Source of the DNA: Alphaproteobacteria bacterium
Lineage (GTDB): Bacteria > Pseudomonadota > Alphaproteobacteria > UBA828
Direction: 5' to 3'
NCBI GenBank assembly: GCA_965220745.1
Contig: CBDCQT010000007.1
Location: forward strand, 32,001 to 96,000
Length of the DNA: 64,000 nucleotides
Shown here piece after piece: positions 1 through 9,481 of the stretch. The position numbers were made by a program, and so were the translations under genes. Below the pieces are notes generated by a model. The model was not told the origin of the DNA. It saw only the letters and a program-made list of their open reading frames with translations, and searched no databases. Numbering within the stretch: the stretch's first letter is position 1; every line of letters starts with the position of its first letter.

Positions 1-576
1 AGATTTTTCCGCCGCAGCCGCCTCGGCAGCCTTTTCCTCCCGCGCCGCCGCGCGCTCGGCTCTGGCGCGCGCCTTGCGCACCGCGTCGAGAAGCTCCGCC
101 TCGGTGCAGATGCCCAACAGGATCGGGTCCTGCGGCGTGATGTTGGGCGTGTTCCAATGAGTCCGCTCGCGCACGGCGTTGATCGTCGCCTTGGTCGTGC
201 CGAGCAGCTTGCCGATCTGCGCGTCGCTCAGCTCGTCGTAGTTTTTGAGCAGCCAGGCGATGGCGTTGGGGCGGTCCTGCCGTTTGCTGACCGGCGTGTA
301 GCGGGCGCGTCGGGTGCGCTGCGGCACTTCCGGGGCCGGGCCGATGGCCTCCAGCCGCTGGGAGGAATCCTCTTCGCAGCGCTGGATATCCTCGCGGCTG
401 ACCTGCCCGTTGGCGACGGGGTCGAGGCCGCGAATACCGACTGCGACCTCGCCATCGGCGATGCCCTGCACCTCAAGCGGATGCAGCTCGCAGAACGCCG
501 CAATCTGATCGAAGGTGAGCGTGGTGTTGTCGATCAGCCACACCGCCGTGGCCTTGGGCATCAGCAACTCGGCCAT
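1..576 (-). CDS. trcR: DUF1013 family cell-cycle transcriptional regulator TrcR (3' end runs off the window)
   Basis: Not in the ORF track. Manual translation from the ATG at 576 gives MAELLMPKATAVWLIDNTTLTFDQIAAFCELHPLEVQGIADGEVAVGIRGLDP...RYTPVSKRQDRPNAIAWLL...RERTHWN, typical DUF1013 motifs. Confidence 0.9.
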   Translation of the reverse strand, partial: MAELLMPKATAVWLIDNTTLTFDQIAAFCELHPLEVQGIADGEVAVGIRGLDPVANGQVSREDIQRCEEDSSQRLEAIGPAPEVPQRTRRARYTPVSKRQDRPNAIAWLLKNYDELSDAQIGKLLGTTKATINAVRERTHWNTPNITPQDPILLGICTEAELLDAVRKARARAERAAAREEKAAEAAAAEKS

Positions 577-708
577 CTTATTGGTTCCTTCCACTGCTGC
601 CCACGCGCGACTGTGCCACGGCCGGCATTATCGCCCGCAGCCACGTGTGAGGCGGTCGGTATATCGCTTACATGTGGGGAGCGCAAAGCCGCAGTTCACC
701 GGGCACTA

Positions 709-1713
709 CTAGTTCGTGCGCTCCAGCACGATTTTGCCGATGTGCTGGCCTGCCTCCATGCGGGCGTGAGCGGCCGCCGCCTGGTCGAGCGGCAGCCGGG
801 TGTCGATGACCGGCCGCACCAGACCTGCCTCGATCAGCGGCCAGACGGTCTCCTCCAGCGCTTCGGCGATGCGGGCCTTGCTCTCCACGCTCTGCGGCCT
901 GAGTGTGGAGCCCACGATGGTGAGCCGCTTGCGCATGAGCACGAAAAGATCGATCTGGGATTTCGACGCCTCTTGGACGGCGATCTGCGCCAGCCGTCCT
1001 TCGGGCCGGAGCGCTGCGAGATTGCGCGGCGCGTAGCTGCCCCCGACGATGTCGAGCACGACATCGACCCCCTCGCCTCCGGTTATTTCCTTCACCACGC
1101 TGACGAAGTCCTCGTTGCGGTAGTCGATCGCCCGCTCGGCGCCGAGGCCTTCGCAGGCGGCGCATTTCTCTGGCGAACCAGCGGTCGCGAAGACGCGAAC
1201 ACCAAGCGCGGACGCGATCTGGATCGCAGTGGTGCCGATGCCGCTGCTGCCACCGTGGACCAGCAGCCGCTCGCCGGCGCGGAGCCGGGCGCGCTCGAAG
1301 GCATTGGTCCAGACTGTGAAGCAGGTCTCGGGCAGGCCGGCGGCGTCCACCACCGAGAGCCCCGCCGGGACCGGAAGCGCCTGTGTTTCCGGCGCGACGC
1401 AGTATTCGGCATAGCCGCCGCCGTGGGTCAGCGCGCAGACGGTATCGCCTACCTCGAAACGCTGCGCACCGGGGCCGTTCGCCACCACGTGGCCCGAGAC
1501 CTCGAGGCCCGGAAGATCGGAGGCACCGGGCGGCGGCGGGTATGCGCCCTGACGCTGCATCACGTCCGGCCGGTTGACCCCGGCCGCCGCCACCTCGATC
1601 AGCACCTCGCCCAGGCGGGGCTCGGGCACTGGCCTGCGCGCCGGGCGCAGCACCTCCGGTCCACCGGGCTCCGTGATCTCGATTCCGATCATTTCACTGG
1701 GCAGCTTGGCCAT
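709..1713 (-). CDS. NAD(P)H-quinone oxidoreductase, PIG3/zeta-crystallin family
   Basis: AGVNRPDVMQRQGAYPPPPGASDLPGLE and VHGGSSGIGT motifs; start trimmed to MAKLPSEM. Confidence 0.9.
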   Translation of the reverse strand: MAKLPSEMIGIEITEPGGPEVLRPARRPVPEPRLGEVLIEVAAAGVNRPDVMQRQGAYPPPPGASDLPGLEVSGHVVANGPGAQRFEVGDTVCALTHGGGYAEYCVAPETQALPVPAGLSVVDAAGLPETCFTVWTNAFERARLRAGERLLVHGGSSGIGTTAIQIASALGVRVFATAGSPEKCAACEGLGAERAIDYRNEDFVSVVKEITGGEGVDVVLDIVGGSYAPRNLAALRPEGRLAQIAVQEASKSQIDLFVLMRKRLTIVGSTLRPQSVESKARIAEALEETVWPLIEAGLVRPVIDTRLPLDQAAAAHARMEAGQHIGKIVLERTN

Positions 1714-1780
1714 GACGCCTCCAAAGGGTTTGCGCGCGGGACTATACTCAAGCTGGCCCGGCCGGCGCAGGAGAAACGGA

Positions 1781-1966
1781 ATGGACGAGGAAGCGGTCCG
1801 CATCCCGCGCGAGCAGGAATGGACCCCGCGCGTGCTCGACGACATGTCGGTCGACGCACTCAACGCTTACGCCGAACAGCTTGAAGAGGAGCTGGAGCGG
1901 GTGCGCGGCGCCATCCACGCGAAGACGGACTACCTGAGCAAGGCGGACTCGCTGTTCAAGAGCTAG
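1781..1966 (+). CDS. DUF1192 domain small protein
   Basis: 61 aa, LDDMSVDALNAYAEQLEEELERVR...ADSLFKS; divergent from the quinone oxidoreductase as is usual in alphaproteobacteria; AGGAG upstream. Confidence 0.8.
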   Translation: MDEEAVRIPREQEWTPRVLDDMSVDALNAYAEQLEEELERVRGAIHAKTDYLSKADSLFKS

Positions 1967-2675
1967 CTTCGCCCCCGTTCAGCAGAGCGAGGATGGCGGC
2001 GAGGCCGATCGGCGCGCCGTCGTACTCGGCCATGGCGTCGAGCAGGGCGCCCCAGAGATAGACCGCAGACGCGAGGTCGGTGATCAGATCGTAGGCCGGC
2101 ACCTCGCCGATGTCGCCCCGGATCACGATCACGTTGAGGCGGGCGACGTTGGTCTGGGCGATGGCATCGTCCGCGAAGACCTGGGGCCTCATATCGACGG
2201 CGCAGACCTTGGCGAGCATCGCAGGCGCGTGCGTGCCGGTGAGCAGCAGCCAGCAGCTGGTCTCGTCCCGTGCCACGCGGAAGCAGCCGTCGGCCTCCGC
2301 CATGCTCCACGCCCCACCGAGGGTCTGAATCAGCGGGCCGGCCCCGCCGCGGTCCGCGAGCACCAGTGCCTCGCCGGGCGCGAGCCGCGCGATACGGCTG
2401 CCGTCGGCCTGTGGATAGGCCCGATTGCTCGCCTCGCCCATCTGGGCGCCGTTGCCGGCGAGCCAGGGGCCGATGTTCCAGCCCTTGAAGCCGATACGCG
2501 GGAACGGCGTGAGGTCGGCAAGCCCGAGCGCTTCCGCCTGGGCCGCCTCGGCAGCGGCCTCCCGCCCGAAGTCGCTGGCCACCGCATAGCCGCCCAACGC
2601 CTCGAAGCGCGCGCCGTGCGCCTCCAGCGCGCGGTAGAGCGGCGAGCGGCGCTGTTCCTCTGCGGGAATCGCCAC
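1956..2675 (-). CDS. soxG: Sarcosine oxidase gamma-subunit family (MgdD-like)
   Basis: Last gene of the B-D-A-G operon; LADLTPFPRIGFKG, LAKVCAVDMRP, AQTNVARLNVIV motifs; GTG start inferred just after the alpha-subunit stop. Confidence 0.8.
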   Translation of the reverse strand: MAIPAEEQRRSPLYRALEAHGARFEALGGYAVASDFGREAAAEAAQAEALGLADLTPFPRIGFKGWNIGPWLAGNGAQMGEASNRAYPQADGSRIARLAPGEALVLADRGGAGPLIQTLGGAWSMAEADGCFRVARDETSCWLLLTGTHAPAMLAKVCAVDMRPQVFADDAIAQTNVARLNVIVIRGDIGEVPAYDLITDLASAVYLWGALLDAMAEYDGAPIGLAAILALLNGGEASS

Positions 2676-2677
2676 CG

Positions 2678-5587
2678 TCAGAGCTCCTGCCGCGCGCCGT
2701 CGGGGTCGAAGAACGGGATTTTCGCCACGGTCGCGCTCACCATGCGTGCACTGTCCACGCGAATCTCGATCTTGGTGCCGGGCTCGCTCTGGTCGGGCGC
2801 GACGTAGGCGAGGCCCACGATCTTGTCCAGGTTGGGCGAATAGGCCACAGACGTGACCCGCCCGGTGATCTCGCCCGCGCGGATTACCAGATGGCACTCC
2901 TTGGGCTGCTCCACGCCGACGCCCGGCATCTCGAAGCCCACCAGCTTGCGGGTGAGCCCCTTCGCCGCCTGCATCCGCACCGAGCGGATGCCGACGTGGA
3001 AGGGCTTCTTCTTGGCGAGCGCCCAGGCCATGTCGGCTTCGTGGGGGGTGGTGAGGCCGTCGGTATCCTGGCCGATGAGGATGTGGCCCTTCTCCAGCCT
3101 GAGCAGGCGCTGCGCCTCCACGCCGAAGGGCCGGATGCCGTGGTCCTTGCCGGCCTCCATGAGCGCGTCCCAGAGCGCCTCGCCCTGGCTCGCCGGCACG
3201 TGCAGCTCGTAGCCGAGCTCGCCCACGAAGCCGACCCTGAGAAAGATCGTGGGGATGCCGGCGACGTGGCCTTCGCGCACGCCCATGTAGGGGAAGCCCT
3301 CGGGCGACAAGTCGACATCGTCACAAAGGGTCTCCAGCACCGGGCGGCAGTTAGGGCCCGCGATATTGACGCCCGCGAGCGCCGCGGTGACGTTGGTCAC
3401 GTCGACCTTGAGCCGCCACTGGGCGTTGTACCAGAGCATCTCGCGGTAGACGTTGTCGACGCCCGAGGTCGTCGCAGTGACGTAGAAGTGGTCCTCGTGC
3501 ATGCGGCAGGCGACGCCGTCGTCCACCACCACGCCGCCGAGGTCGGTCATCAGCACGTAGCGCGAGCGGCCCACCGGCTGCTTGAGGTAGGCGAAGGTGT
3601 ACATGCGGTTCATGAACTCGGCCGCGTCCGGCCCACGCACGTCGAGCCCGCCGAGGGTGGAGACATCGATGATGCCCACGTTGTCGCGGACGTTCTTGGC
3701 CTCCTCCCGGATCAGCGCCTGGCGCCTGGCCTTGTCGCCATAGAACTCGGGCCGGAGCCAGAGTCCTGCCGGCATCATGGTGGCGCCGGCCTCCAGATGG
3801 CGGAAGTGCATCGCCGTGTAGCGCACCGGCTCGAAGCTGCGGCCGGCGAGATGACCCATGGTGACCGGCACGATGGGCTGGCGCATCGTGGTGACGCCGG
3901 TCTCGTCCACGCTCCGTGCCTTGGCCCGCGCCAGGATGCGCACCGCGTTCAGAGACGAATGGCGGCCCTGTGAGGGCCCCATGCCGTTGGTGGTGAAGCG
4001 CTTGAGCAGCTCAACGTGGTCGTAGCCCTCGGCGATCGCGTCCTCCAGGTCGTGGACTTGCACGTCCTCGTCCAGATCGACGAAGGCCTTGTGATCGGGA
4101 TGCGGGAAGATCGGCCACGCCACCTGCGCCGCCGCCAGCTCTTCCTCTGCGGGAGCTTCGGGCTCGGGCCCCGCGTCGAGCCCGGCAGCCTGCGCCGCCT
4201 GCCAGCCCGCGCGGCGGCCGTCGGCCATCGCGGCATCGAGGCCGGTGGTCCCGGCAACCCCGCCCGCGGCGAAGACGCCCGGCGGAAGCTCTGCGACAGC
4301 GGTCGCATGACGCGTGCGGTCGTAGGTGAACGTGGCGCCCGCCTGGCGCAGCAGCGCCGCCGCCGGCGCATGGCCGCCTGAGACGACGAGTAGGTCGCAG
4401 CTGAAGCTGTCGACGGAAGGCGCGCAGACACCGTCTTCCTCGATCCGGGCGACGCGGACTCGCGCGACGCCCGATCCCTTGCGCTGCGCCACGGCCTCCC
4501 ACGGCGCCGAAGCGGCGTGGACCGGCACCCGGCGCGCGGCCAGCGTGTCGCTCATCGCAGTGCGCGGCGCATCCATGCGCAGGTCGACCACCGCCGCCAC
4601 CTCGACGCCTGCGTCCAGCAGGTCGAGCGCCGCGCCGTAGCCGTCGTCGTCCGCCGTCGCCACCACCGCACGGCGGCCGGGCCTGACGCCGTAGAGCTTG
4701 ATCAGGCGCTGGGCCGCGCTGCTCAGCATGACGCCCGGCAGGTCGTTGTTGCGGAAGACCAGCGGCTGCTCTAGCGAGCCAGTGGCGACCACCAGCGCCT
4801 TGGTCCTGAGCTTGTAGAGGCGGTTGCCGCGCACCAGCGGCAGCCAGTTGTCGGCGTAGCGGCCGAGGCACGCGGTCTCGGTCATCACCGAGATGCGATC
4901 CGAGCCCTCGACATCGCCGACGAGCCGGGCGCGCTCCTCTTCGGCGCGGATGCCGCCGGCGTCCGCGCGGCCATAGAGCAGCCCGCCGCCGAGGGCCGCG
5001 TTCTCGTCCACCAGGATGACCTCGGCACCGGCGGCTGCGGCTTGCGATGCCGCCGCGAGCCCCGCCGCGCCGCCGCCCACCACCAGCACGTCGCAAAAGA
5101 GATACTGTTTGTCGAAATAGCCGTGCGGGGCGTTGGTATCGACGGTGCCGAGGCCCGCGATCCGGCGGATCATCTTGGCCCAGAGCGGCCAGGTCCAACG
5201 CGGCTTGTAGAACGCCTTGTAGTAGAAGCCCACGGGGAAGAAGCGGTGCAGCAGGCCGAACACCGCTAGGCGGTCATGCCGCAGCGTCCCCCAGTAGTTT
5301 TGGCCCGTGACCTCCAGGTCGGGAACCAGCGGCTCGCGGTCCGCGAAGCGGTTGGGTGCGGGGCCGACCTGGACCAGCGTGTTCGCGTCGAGGCCGGAGA
5401 GCGAATGGATGCCGCGCGGGCGGTGATACTTGAAGGAGCGCGAGAGCACCGAGACGTCGTTCGCCGCCAGCGCGCTCGCCACCGTATCGCCGCGATAGCC
5501 CTGAAACTGCCTGCCTTCGAAGCGGAACGAGACCTGTTCCGTGCGATCGAGAAGCAGCCCTGCGGGCTCCGGCAGCCGCGTCATCAT
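2678..5587 (-). CDS. soxA: Sarcosine oxidase alpha-subunit family (MgdC-like; 2Fe-2S-like, FAD/NAD and GcvT domains)
   Basis: 969 aa; GDTVASAL...SRSFKYHRPRG, VVGGGAAG, KRFTTNGMGPSQG, GcvT-like RVGFVGELGYE and LRLEKGH. Confidence 0.92.
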   Translation of the reverse strand: MMTRLPEPAGLLLDRTEQVSFRFEGRQFQGYRGDTVASALAANDVSVLSRSFKYHRPRGIHSLSGLDANTLVQVGPAPNRFADREPLVPDLEVTGQNYWGTLRHDRLAVFGLLHRFFPVGFYYKAFYKPRWTWPLWAKMIRRIAGLGTVDTNAPHGYFDKQYLFCDVLVVGGGAAGLAAASQAAAAGAEVILVDENAALGGGLLYGRADAGGIRAEEERARLVGDVEGSDRISVMTETACLGRYADNWLPLVRGNRLYKLRTKALVVATGSLEQPLVFRNNDLPGVMLSSAAQRLIKLYGVRPGRRAVVATADDDGYGAALDLLDAGVEVAAVVDLRMDAPRTAMSDTLAARRVPVHAASAPWEAVAQRKGSGVARVRVARIEEDGVCAPSVDSFSCDLLVVSGGHAPAAALLRQAGATFTYDRTRHATAVAELPPGVFAAGGVAGTTGLDAAMADGRRAGWQAAQAAGLDAGPEPEAPAEEELAAAQVAWPIFPHPDHKAFVDLDEDVQVHDLEDAIAEGYDHVELLKRFTTNGMGPSQGRHSSLNAVRILARAKARSVDETGVTTMRQPIVPVTMGHLAGRSFEPVRYTAMHFRHLEAGATMMPAGLWLRPEFYGDKARRQALIREEAKNVRDNVGIIDVSTLGGLDVRGPDAAEFMNRMYTFAYLKQPVGRSRYVLMTDLGGVVVDDGVACRMHEDHFYVTATTSGVDNVYREMLWYNAQWRLKVDVTNVTAALAGVNIAGPNCRPVLETLCDDVDLSPEGFPYMGVREGHVAGIPTIFLRVGFVGELGYELHVPASQGEALWDALMEAGKDHGIRPFGVEAQRLLRLEKGHILIGQDTDGLTTPHEADMAWALAKKKPFHVGIRSVRMQAAKGLTRKLVGFEMPGVGVEQPKECHLVIRAGEITGRVTSVAYSPNLDKIVGLAYVAPDQSEPGTKIEIRVDSARMVSATVAKIPFFDPDGARQEL

Positions 5588-6192
5588 GTCGCCGAATCCT
5601 TCGGCTCGCGAGGGGATGCGTCGTCGGCAGGCGCCTCGTCCGCTGGAGCGTCGTCAGCGGGTACCTGGTCGGCGGCTGTATCGCCTTCGGCGTCGGCCGG
5701 CGCGGCTTGTTCTGGAGCTTCCGGCGTTTCCGCCGCGGCCTCGGCAGGTTCGGATTGCGGCTCCGGCTCGGGCGCGGCGGCCTCCTCCTGTGTGGCCTCG
5801 GTGGGTGCGGCCTCAGGCGGCGGTGGCGGCGCTTCCGGCGGTGTAGGTGGCGGCGGCGGTGCGGCCTCCTTCCGCGGCTCGGGTGCGGCTGCGGGCTCTG
5901 GAGGCGGTGGCAGAGGCTCGAATTCGACGCGCTCCGAGAAGACCCGGTCGGCCGGATAGGTGGCGAGGATCTCGTCGGTCACCGTGTCGCGCTCGGCGAT
6001 AAACCAGTAGGCGGTCGCGACGTGACACCACCACTCGCGCACCACGCCGTCCAGGTTCTCCTCCATCCAGACGAACTCGGTCCACTCGTCGTCCGAGCAC
6101 CGGTTGGGATCGGGATGCGGCTCCACGGTGCCGGCGCAGATGAACTCCTGGATATTGCGCGGCCCGTTGAGTGGGCAGGGCATGATTTTCAT
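5584..6192 (-). CDS. soxD: Sarcosine oxidase delta-subunit family (MgdB-like) with long Pro/Ala/Glu-rich tail
   Basis: MKIMPCPLNGPRNIQEF...REWWCH...WFIAERDTVTDEI delta core, followed by about 110 aa of low complexity; stop overlaps the alpha-subunit start. Confidence 0.85.
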   Translation of the reverse strand: MKIMPCPLNGPRNIQEFICAGTVEPHPDPNRCSDDEWTEFVWMEENLDGVVREWWCHVATAYWFIAERDTVTDEILATYPADRVFSERVEFEPLPPPPEPAAAPEPRKEAAPPPPPTPPEAPPPPPEAAPTEATQEEAAAPEPEPQSEPAEAAAETPEAPEQAAPADAEGDTAADQVPADDAPADEAPADDASPREPKDSAT

Positions 6193-6218
6193 GGCCGCAC
6201 CTTCGCCACCCGGAGCCC

Positions 6219-7460
6219 CTAGTGCCCGACCGAGGCCGCGCCCTTCTCGCCCAGGAGCGAGAAGTCGCGGAAGCGGTCGAGGCGGAACTCCTTGATCAAC
6301 TCGGGCACGCGGCCGGTCGCGATCATCTCTGCCATGGTGGCGCCGCAGACCGGCGTCGCCTTGAAGCCCCAGGTGCCCCAGCCTGAATCGATGTAGTAGT
6401 TCTCGACCGGCGTGAGCCCCATGACCGGCGCGAAGTCGGGCGTCATGTCGGTCATGCCGGCCCACTGGCGCAGCACCGGGACGTCCACCATGAAGGGGAA
6501 GAGCTCCAGGATGTGCGCCATCAGCCCCTCCATGAAGTCGAGGGTCGAGGAAGTCTGATAGCGCGGATAGGGGTCGGTCGCGCCGCCCATCACCAGCTCA
6601 CCCCGGTCGGACTGCGAGATGTAAACGTGCAGGCTGCCCGAGACGATGATCGGGTCGAGGAAGGGTTTGAGCGGCAGCGAGACGCAGGCCTGCAGCGGCA
6701 CGGTGCGGATCGGCAGCGTGAAGCCCGCGAGCCGCGCGACCTGCCCGCTGAGGCCAGCCACTGCCTGCATCGCCTTGCCGCAGGCGATCGGCCCCCGGCT
6801 GGTCTCGAGTCCGACGACGCGCCCGTTCTCGATCTTTATGCCGGTGACCTCGGTCTCCTGATGGATCTCGACCCCGAGCTCCTGGGCGCGGCCGGCGTAG
6901 CCCCAGGCGACCGCATCGTGGCGGGCGACCGCGCCGGGCGGGTGATAGAGCGCGCCCAGCACCGGATGGCGCACGTCTTCGGACATGTTGAGCAGCGGCA
7001 CGAGGCGCGCGAGCTCCTCGCGCTCGACGACCTCGGAATCGACGCCCAGATGCTTGTTCACCTCGGCCCGCCAGCGCGAGGTGCGCATGGCGGAATCGGA
7101 ATGCGCCAGCGTGAAGTGCCCGCGCTCGGAATAGAGGATGTTGTAGTCGAGCTCCTCGCTGAGGCCGCGATAGAGCCGCATCGACTCCTCGTAGAAGGCG
7201 ACCCCTTCCGGCGTCAGATAGTTGGAGCGGATGATGGCCGTGTTGCGCCCGGTGTTGCCGCCGCCGAGATAGCCCTTGTCGAACACGGCGACGTTGCGCA
7301 CGCCGTGCCTGGCCGCGAGGTAATAGGCAGCCGCGAGCCCGTGGCCGCCACCGCCGATGATCGCCACGTCATAGCTCGGCCGGAGCTCCGGCCGGGCGGC
7401 GAGGAAGCGCTTGACCGGCCGGCGCCGGGAGAGGCCGTATTTCAGGAGGCCGAACGCCAT
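6219..7460 (-). CDS. soxB: Sarcosine oxidase beta-subunit family (MgdA-like FAD-dependent oxidoreductase)
   Basis: IIGGGGHGLAAAYYLA, GGGNTGRNTAIIRSNY, ARHDAVAWGYA, GWGTWGFKATP. Confidence 0.92.
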   Translation of the reverse strand: MAFGLLKYGLSRRRPVKRFLAARPELRPSYDVAIIGGGGHGLAAAYYLAARHGVRNVAVFDKGYLGGGNTGRNTAIIRSNYLTPEGVAFYEESMRLYRGLSEELDYNILYSERGHFTLAHSDSAMRTSRWRAEVNKHLGVDSEVVEREELARLVPLLNMSEDVRHPVLGALYHPPGAVARHDAVAWGYAGRAQELGVEIHQETEVTGIKIENGRVVGLETSRGPIACGKAMQAVAGLSGQVARLAGFTLPIRTVPLQACVSLPLKPFLDPIIVSGSLHVYISQSDRGELVMGGATDPYPRYQTSSTLDFMEGLMAHILELFPFMVDVPVLRQWAGMTDMTPDFAPVMGLTPVENYYIDSGWGTWGFKATPVCGATMAEMIATGRVPELIKEFRLDRFRDFSLLGEKGAASVGH

Positions 7461-7532
7461 CGTTCGTTGTCGTCGCTCAAATGCTCGCGGTTGATAGGCT
7501 GATTTGCGTGACGCGGCAAGACGTTATCGCTG

Positions 7533-8570
7533 TTATTGGTCCGACCGCTTGGCCTCGAAACGGGCGGCCTGCTCGCGCAAGCCCCGCGCGGTACCGGCGT
7601 TGATCAGAACGAGGCTCGCCACCAGCACCACGACCGCGGCCCAGACCCAGTGGCTGAGCGCCGCGCCGAAGAAGATGCTGGCCCAGAAGATGCCGGCCGC
7701 GACCACCACGTAGTTGAGTTGGGCGAAGAAGAGCGCGCCGGCACGGCGCACAATCTCGAAGAAGCAGCTGTAGGTGATCGCCTGGCCTGCCGTGGCCCAA
7801 AGCAGGCCCAAGATTCGCGAATCCTCATCGGTCACAAGCATGTGGGAATCGCCTGCAACAGCCAACAAAACTATGTGAGGGATTTGGTCATGAAGCCAGC
7901 CAGCAGTGACCGCCAACTGGGTTGCCTCGCCCTGGGCGAGCATCACGATGAGCAGCAGGATGGCGGCCACCATCATCATGCCGCCGCAGAGCGCGAACGC
8001 ACTCACGCCCACCGGCGAGAAGCGCGCGCCTGCGACATTGTTCACCGCCGCAGACATTGGCATCAGCAGCGAGAACAGCACCCATACCCAGGCGCCTGAC
8101 TCCGGCAGGCTGCCTGTGGGCACAACGATGAGCAGGATCCCGCCGAAACCCAAGAGCACGCCCCCGACGCTGAGCCAGCGGAAGCGGTCGAACCTCAGCA
8201 CCAGGGTCAGTGAGTAGGTGGTCGCCGGGATCAGCGCCGCGCAGAGCGTCAGCACCGCCGGCGGCAGGCGATCGGCGACGTAGGTAACGACCAGCAGCGG
8301 GCCCAAAAAGCCGAAGACCGCCACCAGCCCGAACACCCGCAGGTTCTCCTTCCTGAGCGACGGCGGCTTGGAGACGATCGCGGCCAGCACCAGCGTCACC
8401 ACGCCGGCGAACAGCGCCTGCCAGAACGAATAGGCGATGAAGGGGAAGCCCGCGTCGATCGCGATCTTGTTGGCGGTGAACAGGCTGCCGTATGAGATGC
8501 CGCCGAGCAGCAGCAGCACGGTCGGCAGCATGAGCCGGTTCTCGCGGAACTCGTCGAGCAGCCGCCTCAT
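7533..8570 (-). CDS. EamA/DMT family transporter
   Basis: About 10 hydrophobic segments; IVRRAGALFFAQLNY motif shared with paralogs at 47.9 and 49.7 kb. Confidence 0.85.
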   Translation of the reverse strand: MRRLLDEFRENRLMLPTVLLLLGGISYGSLFTANKIAIDAGFPFIAYSFWQALFAGVVTLVLAAIVSKPPSLRKENLRVFGLVAVFGFLGPLLVVTYVADRLPPAVLTLCAALIPATTYSLTLVLRFDRFRWLSVGGVLLGFGGILLIVVPTGSLPESGAWVWVLFSLLMPMSAAVNNVAGARFSPVGVSAFALCGGMMMVAAILLLIVMLAQGEATQLAVTAGWLHDQIPHIVLLAVAGDSHMLVTDEDSRILGLLWATAGQAITYSCFFEIVRRAGALFFAQLNYVVVAAGIFWASIFFGAALSHWVWAAVVVLVASLVLINAGTARGLREQAARFEAKRSDQ

Positions 8571-8701
8571 CGCCTTGGCTCGTGCAGCGTCACCGGTCGC
8601 GCGCTCGGCTTCAGTGGGGCGGCTGGCATGGGGGTACGAGGCGGGAGCGGGGCGCCCTGCGCCCGCCGTTCAGCCTGTGCTCGCGGGCAGGCGCTGCGGC
8701 C

Positions 8702-8776
8702 TGGTGGGCGCTGCTGGATTTGAACCAGCGACCTCTTGCATGTCAAGCAAGCGCTCTCCCCCTGAGCTAAGCGCCC
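8702..8776 (-). tRNA. tRNA-Val (GAC)
   Basis: Reverse complement GGGCGCTTAGCTCAGGGGGAGAGCGCTTGCTTGACATGCAAGAGGTCGCTGGTTCAAATCCAGCAGCGCCCACCA: cloverleaf, anticodon loop TTGACAT, GTTCAAAT T-loop, encoded CCA. Confidence 0.97.
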
Positions 8777-8859
8777 GTGCCGCCAACGCTCGGGCTTAGC
8801 ATCGCGCGCGCGGCATTGGCAAGACCGGCGGGGCCGTGCCGGCGCCGCTCCCCCCGGCC

Positions 8860-8887
8860 CTTGACCGTACGCGGGGAATGCCCACAT
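8860..8887 (+). promoter_or_regulatory. Putative RpoH (sigma32) promoter of hslVU
   Basis: CTTGAC-N15-CCCACAT about 30 nt upstream of a heat-shock protease operon; resembles the RpoH consensus. Confidence 0.5.
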
Positions 8888-8917
8888 GGTGCGAGCGAGG
8901 CGGCGAGGCAGGGGAAC

Positions 8918-9481
8918 ATGACCGAGGAAGAGCGGCGGGGCGGGCCGGTGTGGCACGGGACGACGATCCTTTCCGTCCGCAAGGGGGACATGGTGGTCGT
9001 CGCCGGCGACGGCCAGGTCACGCTCGGGCAAACGGTCATCAAGGCCAACGCTCGCAAGGTCCGGCGCCTCGGCGAAGGCGGCATTATCGCGGGCTTCGCC
9101 GGCGCCACGGCCGACGCCTTCACCCTCTTCGAGCGGCTCGAGGGCAAGCTGGAGCAGCATCCGGGCCAGCTTACCCGGGCCTGCGTCGAGCTCGCCAAGG
9201 ACTGGCGCACCGACCGCTACCTGCGCCGGCTGGAGGCGATGATGGCGGTCGCCGACAGAGAGGTCTCGCTGGTGCTCACCGGCACCGGCGACGTGCTGGA
9301 GCCTGCGGACGGGCTGATCGGCATCGGCTCGGGCGGCTCCTACGCGCTGGCCGCGGCGCGGGCGCTGCTCGACATCGAAGGCATCGATGCTGAGGAGGTC
9401 GCCCGCCGCGCCATGGCCATCGCCGCCGACATCTGCATCTACACCAACACCGAGATCGTGCTGGAGAAGATCGAGCCATGA
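8918..9481 (+). CDS. hslV: ATP-dependent protease peptidase subunit HslV
   Basis: [10 protein letters not shown]...[33 protein letters not shown]; ATGA overlap with hslU. Confidence 0.97.
   Translation: MTEEERRGGPVWHGTTILSVRKGDMVVVAGDGQVTLGQTVIKANARKVRRLGEGGIIAGFAGATADAFTLFERLEGKLEQHPGQLTRACVELAKDWRTDRYLRRLEAMMAVADREVSLVLTGTGDVLEPADGLIGIGSGGSYALAAARALLDIEGIDAEEVARRAMAIAADICIYTNTEIVLEKIEP

Noticed and set aside
157-1884. 575-aa + strand ORF and many other long overlapping ORFs (e.g. 14822-16249, 26027-28414, 44069-45910, 47979-49694, 62511-63950)
   Set aside because: Antisense or alternate-frame shadows of clearly identifiable genes, expected in high-GC DNA with few stop codons; no motifs.
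8702-8776. tRNA-Val as a possible island integration site
   Set aside because: No integrase nearby and no duplicated tRNA 3' end was found in the window.
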